This document shows positions 29,024 through 37,823 of a stretch of 64,000 nt of DNA, one piece after another (the first letter of the stretch is position 1; every line of letters begins with the position of its first letter). The position numbers were made by a program, and so were the translations under genes. The notes beneath the pieces were generated by a model, which made no database searches, had not been told where the DNA came from, and saw only the letters and a program-made list of their open reading frames with translations. Source of the DNA: an uncultured Verrucomicrobiae bacterium (GTDB lineage: Bacteria; Verrucomicrobiota; Verrucomicrobiia; Limisphaerales; UBA11358); NCBI GenBank assembly GCA_963797825.1, contig CAWCRR010000047.1:108060-172059 (forward strand), in the 5' to 3' direction.

Positions 29024-29667
29024 AACCACTGGCCGATTGCAAACTGTACACGTTCATTGACACGGCCTATTTGCATGGCCGCGCGCCGGAACTCGTGGCG
29101 CGGCAATTGTGCGATGGCGGCACTGATTTGATCCAACTTCGCGCCAAAAAATCCACTGCGGCGGAAATCCGCGCCATGGCCCAAAAAATCCTGCCCGTCA
29201 CACGCCTCGCCAATGTCGGCCTCGTCATTAATGACCACTTGGACATCGCTCGCGAATTGGGCGCGGAATTTTGTCATCTGGGACAGGAAGATTTTTTTGA
29301 TGCCGGCTTCAAAAATGTTTCCGGTCTTAAATCTCAAATCTCAAATTTTCAGATTGGCCTCAGCACCCATTCGCCCGAACAAGCGATGCGTGCCCTGGCG
29401 GCCCAGGCCGATTATCTGGCTATCGGGCCGATCTTTGCCACCGGCACCAAGCCGGCCGCCAAACCCGTGACGCTCGAATATGTCCGGTGGGCGGCGGCGC
29501 ACGTCAACGTCCCCTGGTTCGCCATTGGCGGTGTCAACCTGCGGAATCTTGAGGACGTCCTCGCGGCAGGCGCCACCCGTGTCTGCGTCGTTTCGGCCAT
29601 TCTTAACGCGCCGGATGTTACCAGGGCTTGTGCTGAATTTCGGAAGAAAATTTCCCAACGCTCTTAG
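29020..29667 (+). CDS. thiE: Thiamine-phosphate synthase
   Basis: From the ATG at 29020, which overlaps the TGA of the upstream gene (ATGA): MKPLADCKLYTFID...LIQLRAKK...VINDHLDIA...HLGQED...IGLSTHS...DYLAIGPIFATGTK...FAIGGV. Confidence 0.9.
   Translation: MKPLADCKLYTFIDTAYLHGRAPELVARQLCDGGTDLIQLRAKKSTAAEIRAMAQKILPVTRLANVGLVINDHLDIARELGAEFCHLGQEDFFDAGFKNVSGLKSQISNFQIGLSTHSPEQAMRALAAQADYLAIGPIFATGTKPAAKPVTLEYVRWAAAHVNVPWFAIGGVNLRNLEDVLAAGATRVCVVSAILNAPDVTRACAEFRKKISQRS
29329..29349. repeat. Heptanucleotide tandem repeat (AAATCTC)x3 inside thiE coding sequence
   Basis: aaatctc aaatctc aaatttt, translated in frame as LKSQISNFQ in the loop preceding IGLSTHS. Confidence 0.8.
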
Positions 29668-29728
29668 GCGTCCCCGCGCCTGCGGGATGCGCGCCGGCGT
29701 GGACCCAAGGATTCCTTTTTCGGTGCGT

Positions 29729-29755
29729 GGCGCGCAGAGGACTGCGCGCCCTGCC
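29729..29755. repeat. GC-rich hairpin repeat (copy 2 of 3) in a convergent gene gap
   Basis: ggcgcgcag agga ctgcgcgcc forms a perfect 9-bp stem between the thiE stop and the stop of 29772..30215. It may act as a bidirectional terminator. Confidence 0.7.
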
Positions 29756-29771
29756 GGTTCATGGAAATGTT

Positions 29772-30215
29772 TCAGTGTACGGACAGCGCGCGTTTGATCT
29801 GGTTCATCGCATCGCTGACATGCTTGCTGATGCGCGGCTGGTCTTTCACTCCCGCCGCGTTCAAAACATGCGAGAGCAGGTCGTCCGCGGTGCGCAGCCG
29901 GTCATCCGACCAGACCTGCCGTTCGCGGGCGCGGTCGTCGCCGGCGTTCAAGTCCAATCCGAGCAATCCGGCGGCCGTCTTGATTTGCTTCATGGCCTTG
30001 ACGCGGTGGCCGGCGTAATCTTTGTTGGCGGAATCCAAAATCCAATAGGAACGCCGCAGCATTTCCGCCTCGGCCGTATCCGAAAAAGCGACCGTTTCGA
30101 AGTGATTTTGCGAAACCGTCGCAACGCCCGCGGCCTGCGGCGAAGTGCTTGCCAGCAAGCTAATGCCGCCCAACATCGTAACCATAACCACGGTTGATAA
30201 TGTTTTTGTCTTCAT
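29772..30215 (-). CDS. Small secreted hypothetical protein (147 aa from the ATG at 30215)
   Basis: MKTKTLSTVVMVTMLGGISLLASTSPQAAG is a signal peptide. No family recognised. Confidence 0.45.
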   Translation of the reverse strand: MKTKTLSTVVMVTMLGGISLLASTSPQAAGVATVSQNHFETVAFSDTAEAEMLRRSYWILDSANKDYAGHRVKAMKQIKTAAGLLGLDLNAGDDRARERQVWSDDRLRTADDLLSHVLNAAGVKDQPRISKHVSDAMNQIKRALSVH

Positions 30216-30272
30216 AGTCACTCTTTGCTGACGAAATTGAACGGGAAAAGTTACAACCAAAGTCAATTCTTC

Positions 30273-30349
30273 CATCTTCTATCCTCCATCCTCGTCTTCT
30301 CCCTTCCGCCTTCCTCCTTCCGCCTTCCTCCTTTCCCCCTCCCGCCCTG
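30273..30349. repeat. C/T-rich tract with 7-bp periodicity
   Basis: catcttc tatcctc catcctc gtcttct cccttcc gccttcc tccttcc gccttcc tcctttc cccctcc..., immediately downstream of the pilT stop. Confidence 0.8.
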
Positions 30350-31531
30350 CTATCTCCTGCGGGATTTTTCCTGCTCCTGCATCTTCAATTCGGCGAACAA
30401 TGAACCGCTTGAGTGGCTCTTCCGCGGTTTTTGGAGGGAGAGGGCATCAATCCTTTGCGCCATCTTCATCTTATTCGAGCAGTAGAGCATCGCCACTTCA
30501 TCCGTGATCAAATCCTGTTCGTAGGCCTTGTAGAGCGATTGCTCGAAACTATGCCAGCCGAAGACGCTGCCGGCCTCGATAATGTCATCCAGCCGGCGCC
30601 CCTCGTTCTCACCCAGCAAAATGGCTTCGCGTGAGCGCAGGCTGTTGCCCATCATTTCCGTCACCAGCAAACGTTTGCCGGAAATCGACGGGACCAGCCG
30701 GAGACTCACGATATAGCGCATCGACCCCGCCAGCCGCTCGCGCACTTGCGCTTCCTCGTCCGTGCCGAACATGCCGATGATGCGGTTGACCGTCTGGGCC
30801 GCGCTCGTGGTGTGCAGTGTGCTGAACACCAGATGCCCCGTCTCGCCCGCATTCAGCACGATTTCCATCGTGTCGCGGTCGCGGATTTCGCCGATGAATA
30901 TGATCTTGGGCGCCTGCCGCATCGCCGCGCGCATGCCTTTCTGAAATGTGAAAAAATCGCGCCCCAGTTCCCGCTGGCTGAAGGTCGCCTTGACGGGCGT
31001 AAAGACAAATTCAACCGGGTCTTCCAGCGTGAGGACGTGGATGTTGCGGGTCTTGTTGATTTCGTTCAACATCGCCGCCATGGTCGTCGTCTTGCCCATG
31101 CCCGTGCCTCCCGTCACAAAGACAATGCCGTTCTTTTCCTTGATGATCTCGTTGAAAATGGACGAAAGATGGAGCGCTTCGAATGTGGGGATCAACGGTT
31201 TGAGATGGCGCATCACCATCGCAAAATTCCCGTTTTCGAAATAGATATTGACGCGAAACCGGCACGCGCTCTTTAACGTGTAACCGCAATCGCACGAACC
31301 TTGCTCCTTCAGATCGGCCAGGAGGCGCGGGTTGTTGTTCAGAATGACCCTGGCGAGGGATTCGATATATTCGCTGGTAAGCAAACTCGGATATTTTTCC
31401 TGGACAAACGGACGCAGTTCGCCCTGGGTTTCAATCTGGATCGGTCGCGCGGCCACGAAGACCAGGTCCGAAATCCCTTCGGCCGAAGCCACCATCGTTT
31501 CCAGCAATTGATCAAGTTCCTCTTTATTCAT
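30350..31531 (-). CDS. pilT: PilT/PilU-family type IV pilus retraction ATPase
   Basis: Walker A VFVTGGTGMGKTTT, LTLEDPVEF, Walker B/Asp box IIFIGEIRD, His box GHLVFSTLHT. It has a ~45-aa basic C-terminal extension. Confidence 0.9.
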   Translation of the reverse strand: MNKEELDQLLETMVASAEGISDLVFVAARPIQIETQGELRPFVQEKYPSLLTSEYIESLARVILNNNPRLLADLKEQGSCDCGYTLKSACRFRVNIYFENGNFAMVMRHLKPLIPTFEALHLSSIFNEIIKEKNGIVFVTGGTGMGKTTTMAAMLNEINKTRNIHVLTLEDPVEFVFTPVKATFSQRELGRDFFTFQKGMRAAMRQAPKIIFIGEIRDRDTMEIVLNAGETGHLVFSTLHTTSAAQTVNRIIGMFGTDEEAQVRERLAGSMRYIVSLRLVPSISGKRLLVTEMMGNSLRSREAILLGENEGRRLDDIIEAGSVFGWHSFEQSLYKAYEQDLITDEVAMLYCSNKMKMAQRIDALSLQKPRKSHSSGSLFAELKMQEQEKSRRR

Positions 31532-31697
31532 ATTTCATTGCTGCCTTTTCGTCATTTTTCTCTGGAGCGACTTCCCCGCTCCGCTTCTTATTTTGCGACT
31601 GCCGGTGTAAAAGCGCAAAATAATTTATTAAAAAAATTCCCCGGCAAATTTCGCGCGCTTAACCCGTTGCCGACCGGGATTTCGTCGTCATTATGGT

Positions 31698-32063
31698 TTA
31701 CAGCCCCAAACGTTTCCCCGCCTCGGCCATGGTTTTGCAAGTCACGATTTGCGGATGACTCGCGTAATGAAAAATCGTCAGAATGTTGAACCCGATGTCT
31801 TTGTAGGGATCCGGTATGACCCGCACGACCAATCCCACGCCGCTTTTTTCGGCCATCTCCATCAGGCGGCCAAGCCCCTTGAGACAATCCAAATCCATAG
31901 AATCCAGGTTCGTCAAATCGACCAGCACCCGAAACCCCGGCGCCAATTCAGCCGACAGCGCCAGGACGTCCGGTTCCACGCGGGCCAATTCCTCCGGACG
32001 CACCCGCCCGCTGTATCCGAAATATAACAACCGTTTCGTTTTGTTCGATAGCACCACCACCAT
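31698..32063 (-). CDS. STAS-like domain protein
   Basis: 121 aa. ...RLLYFGYSGRVRPEELARVEPDVLALSAELAPGFRVLVDLTNLDSMDLDCLKGLGRLMEMAEKSGVGLVVRV has the STAS/anti-sigma-antagonist-like layout. No conserved phosphorylatable Ser was checked. Confidence 0.5.
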   Translation of the reverse strand: MVVVLSNKTKRLLYFGYSGRVRPEELARVEPDVLALSAELAPGFRVLVDLTNLDSMDLDCLKGLGRLMEMAEKSGVGLVVRVIPDPYKDIGFNILTIFHYASHPQIVTCKTMAEAGKRLGL

Positions 32064-32197
32064 GCGCCAAGACTAATCTTTCAACGGTGCCGATTCGATA
32101 AAATTCTCCATCAAGCGCCTGGCTTTTTGTTTGGAGCCACCCTGCGATTGACTTGCCGCGCCCCCCCAATGAATATGGCGCGCAGGCTGACAACATC

Positions 32198-35100
32198 ATG
32201 AACCGGAACGCCTTTGTTTTCGTGGTATGCGGCAACCGCCATGCGGCGCGCGCGCGCATCGCGTTGAAATTCCTCAGGCGTTTTTCCCGTAGCGAAATCA
32301 TCGTGGTCAAATCCCGCACCCGTCAACGGTTTGACGCCGGCCGGGTTATCGATGTCAAGACGCCGGCCCGCCTGGACAACCGGCAAGCCGCCATCTTTCT
32401 CAAAACCTCCCTCCACAAAATCCTGGAGCCGGGCCAGACCAAGTTCTGTTACCTCGACAATGATGTCCTGGCGGTGAATCAAGACGTGGACACGGTCTTC
32501 AATCATTTCCAAGCCCCCATTTCATTTGGCGCCGACCATTGCAGTTTCCGCCAATTCAGCCGTTATGCGGTCCGCTGCGGTTGCGTTAAATCGGAGTGCG
32601 ACCATTTGAAGACCGCCATTCGGCGGCAATTCGGAGTGAAGATCACCGATAAATCCTGGCAGCATTGGAATGGCGGCGTGTTTGTGTTCGACGAAACCTC
32701 CGCGCCGTTCCTGGACCGCTGGCATGAAAATACGCTGGCCATCTTCAAAAATCCGCACTGGCAGGCGCGTGACCAGGGCACGCTGGCCGTGACGGCATGG
32801 CAATTGAAGCTGCAAAACCACCCGCTGTTGCCGCGTGAATTCAATTTCATCCTCGACCCGTTGATCGGAGTGCCGCGCGCGAGGCGGGCCATCGCCAAAC
32901 CGCGTGAATTGAAACCAATTGAATCCTATTCCTTGCAGGGCGATCCCGCCAAACCGCAGCCGCGGTTGCTGCATTTCATCAACGACGGCATCGGCCGGCG
33001 CGGCTGGAAAAATTGGGACGACGCCGAGCGCCTGCTCGCGCCGCCGCCAAAATCTTCTACCAGCCTGTCCCCGGACAACCGCATCGTTCACGGCTTGTGG
33101 ATCGGGACCACCCTTTCGAAGATGGAACTGCTCACGCTCCGCTCGTTCGTGCGCCACGGCCATGAGTTTCATCTGTGGGCCTACGACAAAATCGAAACCC
33201 CATTGCCGCCCGGGGTCGTCATTGAAGATGCCAACCGCATCATTCCCAGATCGCAGATCATCAAACGGGCGGACACCGATACCGAGACCGGTGTCGGCAA
33301 GGGCAGCGTCAGCTCGCCGTTCTCCGACTTGTTCCGTTACAAATTGCTTTATGAAAAAGGCGGCTATTGGGTGGACATGGATGTCACCTGCCTGCGCCCG
33401 CTCAATTTTTCCGCGCCCTATGTCTTCCGCCCGCACCGGGTGGGAGTGGTTGGGAACATCATCAAATGTCCGCCGGGCAGCCCGCTCATGAAATCGGTTT
33501 ACCAGAAAGTGGCCCGCATCGCAAATGAGCACACCGATTGGTTGCTTCCCAACAAAGTGCTCTCGCAAGCCATCCGGCGGTTGAAGCTGACGCGCTACAT
33601 CCGCGGCGGCATCTGGAACCCGGAATCATGGTGGGACGCCATCCGTCCGCTCGCCCTGGACACCGCGCCCATCCCGTCCGATTGGGTTGCCATCCATTGG
33701 ATCAATGAATTCTGGCGCACGCTTAAACAGAGCGGCGGCGTTTATCGCGGACAACGCCTGTTCACCACCGTCCCCGACAAGGACCAGCCCAAACCCGGCA
33801 GCGCCCTGGCCAAACTGTATGCCGATTACGGACTGTCTCAATCGGCTGGCCAAACGAGCGGAGCGCCCGCGCCGATCCCCTTGCCACTGGAAAAGCCCGC
33901 GGAACGGCAGCCCGCCACGCCTCAATTTTTGCTGACGAGCCACCTCAATGTCCTCCTGCCCAGCCTCACTCGCGGGGGAGCCGAACGCAGCGTCGTGGAA
34001 GCCCTCAACGGCCTCCAGCGCCGGAACGCCTCGGCCAACCTCTTCGTCCTCTATAACGCCAGGCCCGCTTATGCCTTCGATGGCATCGGCGGCGTCAGGA
34101 TTTGCCGTCTCTCGGCCCTCGACCTTCCCGCCAAATTGCATTCCGTGGCCATGGAAGTTCTCGCCTCGCCCGAGCCGGTTTTGTTCACCCACATGGTTAA
34201 AGCCGAAATGCTCCGGCCCTTGTGGGAGCGCGGCGTGAAAACCGTGCCCGTCATCCAAAATTCAAAACCTGCCTGGCAGGACCCGCCCTCAGCCTGCCAA
34301 CATCCCAACGTTCCCTTTGTGGTGGCCGTCTCCGAGGCCGTCGCGGAACAATTGCGGGAGGCGCGTTGCCCAAAACCCGTCATCGTCATGCGCCACGAAT
34401 TGCAACGCTGGTCCACCCCGGAGGAGCAAAAACATAACCGTCACCAAATTCGGGAACGCTATGGTATCGCCGATGACGTGCTCGTCATTGGCATGGTCGG
34501 CCAATTCAAATCCCAAAAATCCTATACGCGCGCCATCCGTGTCCTCGCCCGCCTGCGGCAGATCCGCCCGGCTAAATTGATGATCCTGGGCGGTTGGGAC
34601 TCCGATTGGGGACATGCCCGGCAGGCTTACACCGCCACTTGCCGCCTCGAGCTCGAGTTGGAAGTGATCACCGACCTCATCACGCCCGGCCCCGTGCCCG
34701 ATGTCGAAAAGTATTACGCGGCCTTTGATGTCTTCTTGTGTACGAGCAGTTTCGAGGGATTGAGCGTGTCGCTGCTCGAAGCGATCCAGACCGGCTGCCC
34801 CATCGTCACCGCCGACGCCGGCGGCAACCGCGAAGTCCTGCCCGAGCGCGCCGTCCTCGTCCGGAACCCATCGGATACGAATGCCTATGTGCAAGGCATC
34901 GCGCACGCGCTCCAGAGCCGGTCCCGTGTGCTGGTCCCCAAACCCCTGGATTTCGACCTCGTCCCGCGCCTTTGGTGTATGCTTGGACGGTATGCCCGGC
35001 CGGACTCGTTCACGCCGATTTCCACGCGCACCGGAACTTTTTTTTTGACCGATAGCCTGGGGATGGATGCCGCGCCGCGCACCCTCACTGATTTGTTGGG

Positions 35101-36148
35101 AAATCTTTCACCAGGCATCCCATTGTGGCTTTGCGTCCTCTACCACACTCCGGGGCAGGCCCATCTGGACGAGTTGCGGAAAAAGAACGCCCCCGTTTTT
35201 TCTTTGCAGAGCTGTGCCGATTACCTCGAACGGATCGAGCGCATCCTTTCCATTTTGGGCCGCTTGAATGTGCGCAATATCTGTTTCTGGAACGTCGATC
35301 CGCGCATCAAGTTATTGCTGGCAAAAATTTTACCGGCGGGTGTATTCCGCCTGGTCGACGTCAGTCCCAATAGCTCCCTTTTCAGCCAAATGGAACATTC
35401 CGCCGCATTTCAGCGGCGTATTTCTTTTTCGGCAAAGGATTATTGGGCAAGACTGGACCGTTTTGTCGCCAAATACCCCGGCGGCGCACCGCCCAATGTC
35501 CGTTTGCGGCCGCGGCAATTGGCCGTGATTCCCGACGGCGTGCCCGTGCCCGACGCCATCGAGCCGGCGTATCATCTGTTGCCGGGCAACGCCGACCCGA
35601 ACCTCATTCTCGGCGCCTGTTGCCCGCTTGTGCCCGGCAAACGGATCGAGTTTCTCATCGAAATGATGGCCGAATTGAACCGGCAATTTAAGGGCGCGAC
35701 CCTGGTAATTGTTGGCGGTGTCGATCCCAACCGCGTTGATTATTGGCCCGTCCTGCTCGAAACACTTCGGGCGCGCGCCATCACCAACATTCATTTTGCC
35801 GGCACGCACGCTGATGCCATGCCGCTCATTAAACTGTTCAAGGTGTTCCTGGCAGTTTCGGAATGGCCGGGATTTCCGCCCGGTTGCCTCGAGGCCATGG
35901 CCCTGGGAATTCCCATCATGACCAGTGGTGCGCAGCCCGTGTGGGCGCGTCCCGTGCGAACGAAAAGGCCCTTTAATGTCCATGCCAACAGCCCCCAGGC
36001 GGCGGCGCAATATGCCCGTGAACTTTTGACCGACCCGGCTTTGCGGCGCGAGTTGGGCAGCGCCGCCAAAACCGCCGCCCGCAGCGAATTTTCCCTGGCA
36101 AAAATGGTCCGGAATTATCGCCAACTGTTTACCCGGGCTGCGTCTTAA
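32198..36148 (+). CDS. Four-domain glycosyltransferase fusion: GT-A DxD domain, Gly_transf_sug (DXD) domain and two GT4/GT-B modules
   Basis: From the ATG at 32198. Domain 1: ...FVFVVCGNRHA...FCYLDNDVLAV. Domain 2: IVHGLWIG...FSDLFRYKLLYEKGGYWVDMDVTCLRPL. Domain 3: LNVLLPSLTRGGAERSV...FLCTSSFEGLSVSLLEAIQTGCPIVT. Domain 4: ...PGKRIEFLIEMM...LVIVGG...SEWPGFPPGCLEAMALGIPIMTS. Confidence 0.8.
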   Translation: MNRNAFVFVVCGNRHAARARIALKFLRRFSRSEIIVVKSRTRQRFDAGRVIDVKTPARLDNRQAAIFLKTSLHKILEPGQTKFCYLDNDVLAVNQDVDTVFNHFQAPISFGADHCSFRQFSRYAVRCGCVKSECDHLKTAIRRQFGVKITDKSWQHWNGGVFVFDETSAPFLDRWHENTLAIFKNPHWQARDQGTLAVTAWQLKLQNHPLLPREFNFILDPLIGVPRARRAIAKPRELKPIESYSLQGDPAKPQPRLLHFINDGIGRRGWKNWDDAERLLAPPPKSSTSLSPDNRIVHGLWIGTTLSKMELLTLRSFVRHGHEFHLWAYDKIETPLPPGVVIEDANRIIPRSQIIKRADTDTETGVGKGSVSSPFSDLFRYKLLYEKGGYWVDMDVTCLRPLNFSAPYVFRPHRVGVVGNIIKCPPGSPLMKSVYQKVARIANEHTDWLLPNKVLSQAIRRLKLTRYIRGGIWNPESWWDAIRPLALDTAPIPSDWVAIHWINEFWRTLKQSGGVYRGQRLFTTVPDKDQPKPGSALAKLYADYGLSQSAGQTSGAPAPIPLPLEKPAERQPATPQFLLTSHLNVLLPSLTRGGAERSVVEALNGLQRRNASANLFVLYNARPAYAFDGIGGVRICRLSALDLPAKLHSVAMEVLASPEPVLFTHMVKAEMLRPLWERGVKTVPVIQNSKPAWQDPPSACQHPNVPFVVAVSEAVAEQLREARCPKPVIVMRHELQRWSTPEEQKHNRHQIRERYGIADDVLVIGMVGQFKSQKSYTRAIRVLARLRQIRPAKLMILGGWDSDWGHARQAYTATCRLELELEVITDLITPGPVPDVEKYYAAFDVFLCTSSFEGLSVSLLEAIQTGCPIVTADAGGNREVLPERAVLVRNPSDTNAYVQGIAHALQSRSRVLVPKPLDFDLVPRLWCMLGRYARPDSFTPISTRTGTFFLTDSLGMDAAPRTLTDLLGNLSPGIPLWLCVLYHTPGQAHLDELRKKNAPVFSLQSCADYLERIERILSILGRLNVRNICFWNVDPRIKLLLAKILPAGVFRLVDVSPNSSLFSQMEHSAAFQRRISFSAKDYWARLDRFVAKYPGGAPPNVRLRPRQLAVIPDGVPVPDAIEPAYHLLPGNADPNLILGACCPLVPGKRIEFLIEMMAELNRQFKGATLVIVGGVDPNRVDYWPVLLETLRARAITNIHFAGTHADAMPLIKLFKVFLAVSEWPGFPPGCLEAMALGIPIMTSGAQPVWARPVRTKRPFNVHANSPQAAAQYARELLTDPALRRELGSAAKTAARSEFSLAKMVRNYRQLFTRAAS

Positions 36149-36160
36149 TCCTGTTCACAT

Positions 36161-37021
36161 TCAACGCTTCAATCGCGGCCTTATCTGCGACAGCCCTCGC
36201 AGGCTGAAATCAGGCCATTCCCTGCCCCAGTTATTTTTGGCGGGAACATTGCGGATGACTCCAAATCCCGGCGCAATCACTCCGGGACGCCGGATGCTCT
36301 CATCCACTTCAGTAGCGTCGATGACGTTTTTGCTCCCGTAACGCGACCGCAAGAGTTCCCATAATTTTTCCATCCCGGGATTGAGCGAGATGTCATCCAG
36401 CACTATATATTTGGCCGCGCAGATTTCCCCGTAGATCAAAACGCTCATGAGCGTGAACCAAAAATCGTGCATCCCGTCGATGAACACCAGGTCGATTCGC
36501 GGTTCGCCGAATTGTTCGATCACCTGATTGAACCCCTCTTCGCTGTTGGCATCGCAAGTATAGGCCCGTATCGCTGGATGCCCGGCAAACATCTGGCTGC
36601 CGTAGGGTGTAATGTCAAAGGTCAGGATCTTCCCCGTGCCCGATCCCTGGAAGGCTTTGGCCATGGCGCGGGCCGAACCGCCCTGGTGGGTCCCCACCTC
36701 CACAATCTTGCGCGCGCCCGTGATTTTGACCAATCCGGCCAGAAAGAAATAATAAGGATGCGGCGCCACGACGGGTTGGTTCGTGTTTCCCCAATGAGGC
36801 TGTCCGTATCCGATGCCGCTGAGATCGAAGGAGTCGCGTTCGCTCCATGCCCGCCCGCCCAATTCCTTCATGGAACAGGTCTTTAGATTAAACGCCTTGG
36901 GTTTTGAGGACCTTTGCTTCTTCATCGTTGTTCCTACTCGGTAATACAAAGGCTGCCTTGCCCTGCCGTCCAGCAAAAATAGTCTTAATCGTGACGTCAT
37001 TGGCTTTTGCCAATTGGCCAT
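36161..37021 (-). CDS. Class I SAM-dependent methyltransferase (CmcI / Methyltransf_24-like)
   Basis: ...KIVEVGTHQGGSARAMAKAF...GKILTFDITPY...DLVFIDGMHDFWF... Convergent with the glycosyltransferase gene. The start is uncertain. Confidence 0.6.
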   Translation of the reverse strand: MANWQKPMTSRLRLFLLDGRARQPLYYRVGTTMKKQRSSKPKAFNLKTCSMKELGGRAWSERDSFDLSGIGYGQPHWGNTNQPVVAPHPYYFFLAGLVKITGARKIVEVGTHQGGSARAMAKAFQGSGTGKILTFDITPYGSQMFAGHPAIRAYTCDANSEEGFNQVIEQFGEPRIDLVFIDGMHDFWFTLMSVLIYGEICAAKYIVLDDISLNPGMEKLWELLRSRYGSKNVIDATEVDESIRRPGVIAPGFGVIRNVPAKNNWGREWPDFSLRGLSQIRPRLKR

Positions 37022-37038
37022 TGGCTATTTTCTCGGCA

Positions 37039-37058
37039 GGGCGCGTCACTCCGTGCGC
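37039..37058. repeat. GC-rich hairpin repeat (copy 3 of 3, inverted)
   Basis: gggcgcgtcactccgtgcgc is the exact reverse complement of 25632..25651. Confidence 0.85.
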
Positions 37059-37214
37059 ATCGCCATTTCGACCCCCCTCCCCTCGGGGTAGACTTGAGCC
37101 GTTTTGGAGTAAATAAATACCCAAAATAAACGTTGCAATTAGCGTTTGACGAAAACCTCTAAATTGGCAATACTGACCCTGCATTTTGGCTTTGTTCGTG
37201 CTAAATTACCCCTT

Positions 37215-37820
37215 ATGAGTCCAGCGTTCGCCCATCGTAAAGCGACGCAAGCCTTGAACTTTTTGGCCCGCCAATCCGGCGGGCATATCAACAAGCTCAA
37301 AGCCCTCAAACTCGTGTTCTTCGCCGACCGCTATCATCTGCGCAAATATGGACGCACCGTCACAAATGACCGCTATTTTGCGATGAACTATGGTCCCGTT
37401 CCTTCTGGCACGAAAGACATTGCGGAAATGGGTGAGTTTCTCGGCCAGCAGGAGCAACTTTACGCCCAGCAATTTTTGCAGCGCGATCCGGACGACGTTC
37501 ACGGCTTCAAGTCCATCGGTGAATTTGATCCTAACGTTTTCTCTGAAAGCGACCGCGAGGCGTTGGCGTTTGCCATAAAGAACTTTGGGCTGGTGGATAG
37601 TTTTCAATTGGCCGAGCTTACGCACTTGTATCCCGAATGGAAGCGGCACGAGGCGGCACTCGAATCGGGGGGTGCATCCCGGGTTCCAATGTGCTATGAA
37701 GATTTTTTGGACGACCCTCCGGCTGGCGTTGAACCTTGTCATACGTTGACCGACGACGAACGCAATGACCGTCGCGAAATGCTCGGCGATATTCGCGCGT
37801 TTGAACAACGCTGGAATTGA
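37215..37820 (+). CDS. SocA/Panacea (DUF4065) domain antitoxin-like protein
   Basis: From the ATG at 37215: ...ALNFLARQSGGHINKLKALKLVFFADRYHLRKYGRTVTNDRYFAMNYGPVPSGTKDI..., the core of the DUF4065 family. Confidence 0.75.
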   Translation: MSPAFAHRKATQALNFLARQSGGHINKLKALKLVFFADRYHLRKYGRTVTNDRYFAMNYGPVPSGTKDIAEMGEFLGQQEQLYAQQFLQRDPDDVHGFKSIGEFDPNVFSESDREALAFAIKNFGLVDSFQLAELTHLYPEWKRHEAALESGGASRVPMCYEDFLDDPPAGVEPCHTLTDDERNDRREMLGDIRAFEQRWN

Positions 37821-37823
37821 GCC

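Noticed and set aside
32522-33568. 348-aa antisense ORF, and also 35330..36124 (264 aa), inside the glycosyltransferase gene
   Set aside because: These are shadow ORFs, while the sense strand has clear GT motifs throughout.
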